Assembly: GCA_025839675.1 (NCBI GenBank)
Contig: CP104013.1
Location: forward strand, 3,330,001-3,362,000
From: Candidatus Lokiarchaeum ossiferum
GTDB taxonomy: Archaea; Asgardarchaeota; Lokiarchaeia; Sigyniarchaeales; Promethearchaeaceae
Direction: 5' to 3'
DNA: 32,000 nucleotides
The notes under the pieces are model-generated. The model was not told where the DNA came from, did not search any database, and saw nothing but the letters and a program-made list of their open reading frames with translations. The translations under genes and the position numbers were made by a program. Of the stretch, positions 17,099 through 24,419 are shown piece after piece. Within the stretch, counting starts at the first letter, position 1. The number at the start of each line of letters is the position of its first letter.

Positions 17099-17908
17099 TT
17101 AAATGCTCGGAAGAACTGATCTCCAAGATAGATTCGGATTTCCATATTGTAAAAGATATTGCGGAATACTTGTTCTAACAATTTCAGGATCATAAACCCA
17201 AGCTTTTTCTTTACTGAAAGAAACACATTTTACATTTCTGATCTTTAAAACCCGTTTCATCACTAAGCCATAGGTTGCCACTTGTGGAAGACTACGTAAT
17301 AAATAATTTTCGGGTTTATAATCAGCAATAACCAAGCTTCCATCCGTTTCATCAAAAAGAAGAAGGTCTATATGTCCGGTGAAAATTTCATTACTCATGC
17401 ATGTATATGGAGTGAGTTGTAAATCTTGATTAATAAGTGCACGGTCTGTTGTGGTCCAGATCGGAACTTCAACTGCTAGTGCATTTTTATTCAGCTGTAA
17501 AATTTTGTCCAATACAGGACCATGTCCTGGATTCTTATCCATTGTGCTAGAAAAAATGTCAAACCATATTTTGGCCATTTTGGGAAGTTTTTGGATTTCT
17601 GGAGAGATGTAAGATAATTGGTTTTTCTCATCAACTAAATGAATCTGCTTGCTATTTATGAGCTTTATTCCAATTTTCTTTCGTGCATCTTTCTGCAATC
17701 CTTTCAATCGAAAACTGGAACAACGAAGATATTCAGAACCATTAAATATATGGTCAGGATATTCCTTTGTACAAACATAGTTATAATATGTGAGTAATCG
17801 AGAGCCAAATCTATGTGAAATAAGTGGATGTTTGTGTCGTGCAGTAATCCATTCCATTAGATATTCAATACGATTATGTATGAATTGGCGTTTTTCGACT
17901 GATACCAT
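17099..17908 (-). CDS. PD-(D/E)xK nuclease superfamily protein, RecB/Cas4-like core (paralog 2)
   Basis: It shares motif blocks with paralog 1: RCSSFRLKGL, PGH, VEVPIWT, TGHIDLLLFD, VIADYKPE, LRSLPQVATYGLVMKR, KCVSFSKEKAWVYDP and GNPNLSWR. GGAGGAT lies 11 nt upstream of the ATG. Confidence 0.7.
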   Translation of the reverse strand: MVSVEKRQFIHNRIEYLMEWITARHKHPLISHRFGSRLLTYYNYVCTKEYPDHIFNGSEYLRCSSFRLKGLQKDARKKIGIKLINSKQIHLVDEKNQLSYISPEIQKLPKMAKIWFDIFSSTMDKNPGHGPVLDKILQLNKNALAVEVPIWTTTDRALINQDLQLTPYTCMSNEIFTGHIDLLLFDETDGSLVIADYKPENYLLRSLPQVATYGLVMKRVLKIRNVKCVSFSKEKAWVYDPEIVRTSIPQYLLQYGNPNLSWRSVLPSI

Positions 17909-17998
17909 TTAGAAAATATCCTCCAAAAGCTAAAGCAATATATTTCATTTAAGGATTCGGATTAATCGCTTAATGTAAATTGCTGATAAAAGAAGGGG

Positions 17999-18030
17999 AA
18001 AAAAAAATAAACCGGTGTGTGAGGTTTAAG
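17999..18030 (-). terminator. T9 run (minus strand) with a weak preceding hairpin, downstream of the histone gene
   Basis: The minus strand reads ...AAACCTCACACACCGGTTTATTTTTTTTT immediately after the histone stop. The plus-strand A9 run is at 17999-18007. Confidence 0.5.
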
Positions 18031-18032
18031 GT

Positions 18033-18299
18033 TTATTCAGCTGCAATAATGTCTGCGGCGGTTAAGCGTTTACGCTTGTCTGCTTTGACCATTTTTACTG
18101 CTTCTTTAGTTACTTCAGTAGCAACTTTGGTTAATTGTTCAATTAACAATTCAACTGCATTTTCTGCAACTAATGAAGCACCTTCGTTCTTCATTAAACG
18201 TCTTATTGGAGCTTTGGCAATGTAAGCACTTCGGGTAGCTGGTTTAGCTGCCTTTTTAGGTGCTGCTTTCTTTTTTGCTGGTGTTTTTTTTTTAGCCAT
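18033..18299 (-). CDS. Archaeal histone-fold protein with a ~22-aa Lys/Ala/Pro-rich N-terminal tail
   Basis: The histone fold IAKAPIRRLMKNEGASLVAENAVELLIEQLTKVATEVTKEAVKMVKADKRKRLTAADIIAA aligns by eye to HMfB-type histones (PIAPIGRIIK...RKTIKAEDIELA). The tail is MAKKKTPAKKKAAPKKAAKPATR. The start is ATG 18299, preceded by AAGTGATTATT; the ORF-track 'MIIM' start is a GTG inside the SD. Confidence 0.9.
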   Translation of the reverse strand: MAKKKTPAKKKAAPKKAAKPATRSAYIAKAPIRRLMKNEGASLVAENAVELLIEQLTKVATEVTKEAVKMVKADKRKRLTAADIIAAE

Positions 18300-18359
18300 A
18301 ATAATCACTTAAATTTTTTATATCCTCCGCTAGGATATAAATTAAATATCACTCACCCC

Positions 18360-18371
18360 ATATTTAAATAT
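18360..18371 (-). promoter_or_regulatory. Candidate TATA box (palindromic ATATTTAAATAT) for the histone gene
   Basis: It lies about 67 nt upstream of the histone ATG. The implied ~40-nt leader contains the 8-bp hairpin TATATCCT-CCGCT-AGGATATA (18319-18339) and the GTGAT SD. Confidence 0.4.
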
Positions 18372-18726
18372 TATGCAAAAGTGAGGTGAATCGGGCGAAA
18401 ATTTCACCACAACCAAAGCATATCTTCAAAAATTTTCCCACGAAAATCAATTAGCCATGATCAAAAAAAAAATCTGTAATTAAAAGTGTGAGAATTCTCG
18501 ATGTTAAAATGAAGAACGGGATCGAGAACTCTGGATTTTTTTCCCACAAGTTTTTTTTTTTTACTCTGATCACTAAGATTTCTGATCAATATATTTTTCC
18601 TCTTTAAGAAATTGAAAAGTTTCTAACATGTTTTCTAAATTAAGAATAAAAATCAAGCATTGAGAAAATTTGATCGAAATTTTCTCCTAAAAATAAAGTT
18701 GATTTTGCGACGACAAAATACTTTAC

Positions 18727-18759
18727 AAAAAAAAAAGAAATTTCATAAAGATAATTTCT
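18727..18759 (-). terminator. Hairpin plus T10 terminator directly after the trpB2 stop
   Basis: The minus strand reads AGAAATT-ATCTTTATG-AAATTTCT followed by TTTTTTTTTT. The plus-strand A10 run is at 18727-18736. Confidence 0.6.
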
Positions 18760-18763
18760 TGAA

Positions 18764-20209
18764 TCACATAAATTTAGATTCGTCAATGGAAGGTAAATCA
18801 CCTAATGCTGATTGAATCAGTTTGCTAGGATATTCATAATCAACTAATTTATTTTCTTGTAAGGCTTTATATGCATGAGTATCAAAGAAACCATGACCGG
18901 AAAAATTGAAGAGGATTGTTTTTTTTTTACCATTTTCTTTTGCCTCTAAGGCTTCGTCAATTACTGCTGCAACTGCATGGCATGTTTCGACAGCAGGTAA
19001 AATTCCTTCTGTACGTGAAAATAACATACCGGCTTGAATTGCCTTTGTTTGATGCAACATCACTGATTCCATCTGTTTGTGATTAGCCAACATAGATAAA
19101 AGAGGTGCAGCTCCATGATATCTTAGCCCACCTGCATGAACTGCTGGAGGGATAAAAGTGTGGCCCAACGTGTACATTTTTGCGATAGGGGCCATTTTGG
19201 CTGTATCACCATAATCCCAAGTATATTTTCCTTTTGTTATGGAAGGACATGCTGCTGGTTCTGCTCCAATAAACCTCGTTTCTGGAGTATTTCCAAGTAA
19301 TTTTTCCTTCATAAATGGAAAAGCAATACCTGCAAAGTTACTACCTCCTCCAATACATCCAATAACTACATCTGGATAATCTCCTGCAATGTCCATCTGG
19401 ATTTTTGCTTCTTGGCCAATGACAGTTTGATGGAGACACACAAAATCTAAAACAGATCCAAGAGAATATTTGTAGTTCGGACTTTTCATTGCTAACTCCA
19501 CTGCTTCACTAATTGCGATTCCTAAGCTTCCAGGATGATTGGGATCCTTGGAATAAAACTGCTTTCCAGATTCTGTTTCATTGGAAGGTGAAGGAACAAC
19601 CTCTCCGCCATAGTTATGCATCATAACCCGCCGTCCCGGTTTATCGTAGTAGGAAGCTCGGACTTGAAATACTTTGACTTTCAATCCCATCATGGTACCA
19701 GCCATTGATAATGCAGTTCCCCATTGTCCTGCTCCAGTTTCCGTTGTTAAACCTGTAATCCCATCTTGTTTAGCATAATAAGCTTGAGCTAAGGCTGTAT
19801 TACCTTTATGACTTCCCATTGGAGAGACATATTCCATTTTTCCATAAATTTTTACTCGATCAGAATCAAGACCAAGTGCTTTTTCCAAGCGAAAAGCACG
19901 TAAAAGAGGGGTTGGACGATTACACAGTGCTAATCCTTCACGAATTCCCTTGGGAATATCAATAAATTCCTCTGAAGATCCCGCTTGTTTGACACATTCT
20001 GTTGGGAAAATTTTTGTCATAGTTTCAAAATCTGCAGGCATACCATTGGGTAAAAGTGCAGGATACGGCTTTTCTGGTAGAAATGAAGCAATATTTAACC
20101 ATTGTTTTGGGATTAAATTAAGTGGAAGAATAATTTTGTTATTCTCATTGCTCATTACTTGGTTCGGTAGTTGGTAGCTATTTTTAGGTTTGCTGTTTGC
20201 GATTACCAT
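18764..20209 (-). CDS. trpB: Tryptophan synthase beta chain, TrpB2 (type 2) family PLP enzyme, stand-alone
   Basis: MEYVSPMGSHKGNTALAQAYYAKQDGITGLTTETGAGQWGTALSMAG is the PLP-lysine region typical of TrpB2. An N-terminal extension contains IPKQWLNIASFLPEKP, and a GGGSNFAGI loop is present. No trpA or other trp genes lie within the window. Confidence 0.85.
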   Translation of the reverse strand: MVIANSKPKNSYQLPNQVMSNENNKIILPLNLIPKQWLNIASFLPEKPYPALLPNGMPADFETMTKIFPTECVKQAGSSEEFIDIPKGIREGLALCNRPTPLLRAFRLEKALGLDSDRVKIYGKMEYVSPMGSHKGNTALAQAYYAKQDGITGLTTETGAGQWGTALSMAGTMMGLKVKVFQVRASYYDKPGRRVMMHNYGGEVVPSPSNETESGKQFYSKDPNHPGSLGIAISEAVELAMKSPNYKYSLGSVLDFVCLHQTVIGQEAKIQMDIAGDYPDVVIGCIGGGSNFAGIAFPFMKEKLLGNTPETRFIGAEPAACPSITKGKYTWDYGDTAKMAPIAKMYTLGHTFIPPAVHAGGLRYHGAAPLLSMLANHKQMESVMLHQTKAIQAGMLFSRTEGILPAVETCHAVAAVIDEALEAKENGKKKTILFNFSGHGFFDTHAYKALQENKLVDYEYPSKLIQSALGDLPSIDESKFM

Positions 20210-20709
20210 ATTTTTGTCACATTGAATATAGTTTGTTCAAATTCTTGGAAAATTATCCCTATTAGACTAATTTCTCCCGATTTTCACTAAAATTTGTCCC
20301 TTAAAGTTTCCTCCTTTTTATGGTGATCTTTTAATTCGTTTCTGAAAAATCCTAAAATCTACTTCAATAGCTATATAAATATCGCTGAAATACTTGATTC
20401 CAATAATTATCCTCATTGAATTTAGGAAATTGAGTCGAATATCATCACTCACAAAAATCAGAACGCTCTAACTAGCAAATCTTTTCTCGAGATTTTAGTG
20501 CTAATTAGAGCTAATGCCAAGGCCAAGCCTTGTTATCTAAAGATAAGCTATGATCCGTGTTTTTATCCAAATTAAAGAATATTGTGCACATAGTTATCTT
20601 AGCCAAAAAATTGATTAATTTATTAATATTTTCTTCCTTTTTAAAAGTAAGCAGTCCCCCAAAGAATAAACTAGGATGATTGATGCACTTCACATAAAAA
20701 TATTTAATC

Positions 20710-22290
20710 ATGAGGATCAACATCAATCACTGGAGAAAAAAAATGATTGGGTGGGCAATATATTTCTTATCAGCTTCTATGATTCTGGTAACTATGTTAT
20801 TTTACTATTTGTACCGCTATAGGAATTATATTGGCATTTCAATTTCAAAAAAAATGGCATTCGGAGCATTGTTTCCTTTTGTATTTCTCCATTCTCTTTG
20901 GTACTTGATTGAAAGTATTTACATTTTATTGAATTCCACTTCACTTGCTCCAATTTGGTTAGTTACTCTATCTTCATCAATAGTTCTTGGATTCGTTTTT
21001 GCATTAAAAGTTGTACTTAACTCAACCTATAGAATTAAGAGCAATATCTCAGAAAAATATCGAAATAACCCTTTCTTTGGCCCATATATCGCTTATGGAA
21101 ACGATCCATCAAATTCAATGATTATTAGCTGGGGAATCTCAAATTATTTTAGAGAAAAGCATTCTTCAGATATCCAAGAATTTCTCTATGGAAGTTCCAT
21201 TGAACATCTAAAAGGTGCTTCTTCAAAAATTCAGACAAAAAAAGTAGTCCAAACCATTAAACTTCAAAATTTACAAGAAAATACTCGCTATTATTATAAG
21301 ATTCCTACCAAATCCGAAATATTTAATTTTAAAACAGCCCCAAAGTATGCTTCAGCAGCTACTGCTTCATTTGATTTTATTGCCATCAGTGATTCTCATG
21401 CAAATGAAGCTGATTTGCAGCCCTTAATTGAAGTTATTCAAAAATTTGCCCCCAATTCTAAATTTATACTAAGTTCTGGAGATAACATTTCAATTGCCAA
21501 CAAAGTGAACAATTGGAGGACATTTTTCGGACAAATGCATTCTCTCTTTCCAAATCTTCCTTTTCACACATGTACCGGAAATCATGATGCCGAATTACGG
21601 AAATATGCTCCAATATGGAAAGAAATGCTTCCCTATTTTTACGACAATCCAGAAGAAGGCTTTTACTACTCGTTTAATTATCTTAATTGTGCTTTTTTCT
21701 TCTTAGATCTATACAATGCCGGTAAAAAACATCGCATTCCAAAAAAAGAGCAGATTGAGTGGTTAGAATCTCACTTGGAAAATTTGCCTTCACATATCCA
21801 ACACCGAATTTTATTGCTTCACAATTCCATCTATTCTACTGGTGAATTTGGTTGCGATCCTGATTTAGAAGAAATATTTCTTCCGATTATTGAAAAAAAT
21901 CATATACAATTAGTCCTAAGTGGTCATACCCATGTGTTTGAGGCATTTCATAGAACCGATATTAATTCACCTGAAGGAACCTTGTTCATCGTAAATGGTG
22001 GAGGGGGGGGAAAATTAGATGAACTCGTCTTGGGAAATAGAAATTATCCTAGTACGCCTTATAAGTGGGATAATCGTATTCACATTGCTAAAAAAGACCC
22101 ATATCTTAGGGGTAATATTAAAAATCGATTTAGAAATGATAAAATTGTTTTGAATTTTCAAGAAATTGGAAAATTGACCCATGAATTCTTAAAAATTTCA
22201 ATTCGTGGAAATGAACTGAAAGTCCAAGCAATCGAGTGCGATGGAAATATACTTTATGAAAAAAAAGTACTTGGCTCTATAATTAATTAA
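20710..22290 (+). CDS. Membrane-anchored purple-acid-phosphatase-like metallophosphoesterase
   Basis: It has N-terminal TM helices and then an FN3-like PAP N-domain (IAYGNDPSNSMIISWG...TRYYYKI). Calcineurin-like motifs are ISDSH, SGDNIS, GNHD, LLHNSIYSTG and SGHTHVFE. An alternative start is ATG 20743, with GGAGA 8 nt upstream. Confidence 0.8.
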   Translation: MRININHWRKKMIGWAIYFLSASMILVTMLFYYLYRYRNYIGISISKKMAFGALFPFVFLHSLWYLIESIYILLNSTSLAPIWLVTLSSSIVLGFVFALKVVLNSTYRIKSNISEKYRNNPFFGPYIAYGNDPSNSMIISWGISNYFREKHSSDIQEFLYGSSIEHLKGASSKIQTKKVVQTIKLQNLQENTRYYYKIPTKSEIFNFKTAPKYASAATASFDFIAISDSHANEADLQPLIEVIQKFAPNSKFILSSGDNISIANKVNNWRTFFGQMHSLFPNLPFHTCTGNHDAELRKYAPIWKEMLPYFYDNPEEGFYYSFNYLNCAFFFLDLYNAGKKHRIPKKEQIEWLESHLENLPSHIQHRILLLHNSIYSTGEFGCDPDLEEIFLPIIEKNHIQLVLSGHTHVFEAFHRTDINSPEGTLFIVNGGGGGKLDELVLGNRNYPSTPYKWDNRIHIAKKDPYLRGNIKNRFRNDKIVLNFQEIGKLTHEFLKISIRGNELKVQAIECDGNILYEKKVLGSIIN

Positions 22291-22299
22291 GAAAATTTG

Positions 22300-23220
22300 T
22301 TAAATGTCCCATAAATCTGTGGATAAATAACGTTCCCCCGTATCTGGAAGGATTACTACTATTTTCTCCATTTTATGACTGGAAATTGCATATTTGAGAG
22401 CTGCAGCGGTAGCAGCTCCTGCTGAAATACCCACAAATATACCTTCTTTCTTAGCCAAATCCCGTGCAGTTGAAAATGCTTCATTTGTTGTTATCTGAAT
22501 TATTTCATCATATATATTTGTGTTTAATATTTCAGGAACAAAACCTGCCCCTATACCTTGAATTTTATGAGGTCCTGCAGTCTTTCCAGATAAAATAGCA
22601 GAATCTATGGGTTCAACAGCAATCACCCGCAATAAAGGATTGAGTTGTTTTAGAACTTCTCCATTTCCGGTAATAGTTCCTCCTGTCCCCACTCCTGCAA
22701 CAAACACATCTATTTCATGTTTCATATCCTCCCAAATTTCTAAAGCAGTTGTTTTACGATGGGCTTCTGGATTTGCTTGATTTTTGAATTGTTGAGGGAT
22801 AAAAATATTATCAGACTTTTCCGCTACTTCCATAGCTTTCTTAATAGATCCTTTCATCCCTTCTGCTGCGGGAGTTAATATTAATTTTGCTCCTAAACCA
22901 CGAAGTATTTTTTTCCGTTCTTCACTCAAACTTTCTGGCATTGTTAAAGTTAATTGGTATCCTTTTACAGCACAAACTATCGCTAAGCCAATACCTGTAT
23001 TACCAGAAGTTGGTTCTATGATTTTGGAATGGTCATTTAGAATTCCTTCTTTTTCAGCATTTTCAATCATATTCAACGCAATGCGATCTTTTACGCTGGA
23101 TCCTGGGTTAAACGTTTCTACTTTCACATAAATTTCAGCTTCCACGTTTTCAGCAATTTTATTAAGCTTTACAAGTGGTGTAGAACCAATTGTGTCTAAT
23201 ATTGAATTATATCGTGTCAT
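22300..23220 (-). CDS. cysK: Cysteine synthase A / O-acetylserine sulfhydrylase
   Basis: Motifs are SILDTIGSTPLVKLNKI, NPGSSVKDR (PLP lysine), EPTSGNTGIGLA and GVGTGGTITG. The start is ATG 23220, preceded by AAGTGATAATT. Confidence 0.93.
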   Translation of the reverse strand: MTRYNSILDTIGSTPLVKLNKIAENVEAEIYVKVETFNPGSSVKDRIALNMIENAEKEGILNDHSKIIEPTSGNTGIGLAIVCAVKGYQLTLTMPESLSEERKKILRGLGAKLILTPAAEGMKGSIKKAMEVAEKSDNIFIPQQFKNQANPEAHRKTTALEIWEDMKHEIDVFVAGVGTGGTITGNGEVLKQLNPLLRVIAVEPIDSAILSGKTAGPHKIQGIGAGFVPEILNTNIYDEIIQITTNEAFSTARDLAKKEGIFVGISAGAATAAALKYAISSHKMEKIVVILPDTGERYLSTDLWDI

Positions 23221-23243
23221 AATTATCACTTTATGAAAAAAAT

Positions 23244-24020
23244 TTACTTTTTGATAGAAATTTGGGATTCTAAATCCTTAATTCGCGATTCCAAGGATTT
23301 AATAAGGTTTAGAACCGGATCTGGCAAAATGTCATGGGATAAGGTTTCAATTTGATGTGGGATATTACTTCCATTTTTAATAATTCTCCCAGGGACTCCA
23401 ACAACAATGCTATTCGGGGGAATATCTTTTGTCACTACGCTGTTCGCCCCCACTTTCACATTATCCCCAAGAATAATTGGTCCTAAAAGTTTTGCCCCTG
23501 CTCCTACAATAATATTGTTTCTCAAAGTGGGATGGCGTTTTTCATTCTCCAAATGAATTCCCCCCAAAGTCACTCCTTGGTATAATATTACATTATCTCC
23601 AATTTCTGCGGTTTCTCCAATTACAACTCCTGTTCCATGGTCAATGAAAAGATTTTTTCCAATTTTTGCTCCTGGATGGATATCAATACCCGTGATTTGA
23701 CGTGCAATGTTAGAGATATATCGAGGTACAAAAGGAAGTCCCAAGCGAAAAAAGAAATGTGCGATCCGATGAAGTAATACTGCTTGAATTCCGGGATAGG
23801 AAGTTAATACTTCCACCAAATTTTTAGCCGCAGGGTCTTTTTTGAATGCACTGGTTACATCAGAGGCAAAGTAATGAAGAATATCCTCTAAATCATGGAA
23901 AACAGATTCTTTTTGTGATTCTGGGATATCTAAAGTTAATCCCATCAAGTTCATAAAATCACCTTTTTCACTTAGTTTATGTCCGCAATTTATGCAAATA
24001 TCTGAATTTGATTTAATCAT
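23244..24020 (-). CDS. cysE: Serine O-acetyltransferase (short, B. subtilis-like type with a C-terminal helical tail)
   Basis: The core reads KKDPAAKNLVEVLTSYPGIQAVLLHRIAH...TGIDIHPGAKIGKNLFIDHGTGVVIGETAEIGDNVILYQGVTLGG, followed by hexapeptide repeats. It lies 23 nt upstream of cysK on the same strand, forming an operon. The N-terminal ~25 aa (CINCGHKL...) are uncertain, and an internal Met start is possible. Confidence 0.9.
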   Translation of the reverse strand: MIKSNSDICINCGHKLSEKGDFMNLMGLTLDIPESQKESVFHDLEDILHYFASDVTSAFKKDPAAKNLVEVLTSYPGIQAVLLHRIAHFFFRLGLPFVPRYISNIARQITGIDIHPGAKIGKNLFIDHGTGVVIGETAEIGDNVILYQGVTLGGIHLENEKRHPTLRNNIIVGAGAKLLGPIILGDNVKVGANSVVTKDIPPNSIVVGVPGRIIKNGSNIPHQIETLSHDILPDPVLNLIKSLESRIKDLESQISIKK

Positions 24021-24046
24021 TTATAGTTCACGCTTGTAAGTGCCAA

Positions 24047-24062
24047 TTTTTATATAAAAAAA
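24047..24062 (-). promoter_or_regulatory. Candidate TATA box for cysE-cysK
   Basis: The minus strand reads TTTTTTTATATAAAAA, centred about 34 nt upstream of the cysE ATG. This implies a very short leader. Confidence 0.5.
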
Positions 24063-24419
24063 GGATTTCAATAGTTTTCACAAGAATATTATCTTTGATG
24101 TATTGTGCAGAACATCATTTTTCGATAAAAATTTCTGAAAAATAATGCAAATCAAACGCCTTAAGCCAGCTTTCATAATAACGCGAAATTGCTTGCTTAA
24201 GGCTAATTACAACAACAAAATTGAAATTCTTGAGATACTTGGACACATGCGCATTTAACAGAAGAAGAAAAGGATTTAAACATGGTTAATCATCAAGGGT
24301 TGTAAACAAAGGAAATAAGGTTTCTTCTCATAAAAAATCATTTCTTTTATTTGAAAAGTATATAAAAAGATAAGGGAAAAGATTTGAAAAAAGAAAATAT
24401 ATCTCCTTCTATCTAAAAC

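Noticed and set aside
17980-18225. 81-aa plus-strand ORF
   Set aside because: It is antisense to the histone gene, whose histone-fold sequence is unambiguous. This is a shadow ORF.
20511-20726. 71-aa minus-strand ORF in the trpB2/phosphatase intergenic region
   Set aside because: It has no SD or TATA context and overlaps the start of the phosphoesterase gene. Its composition is typical of random AT-rich sequence.
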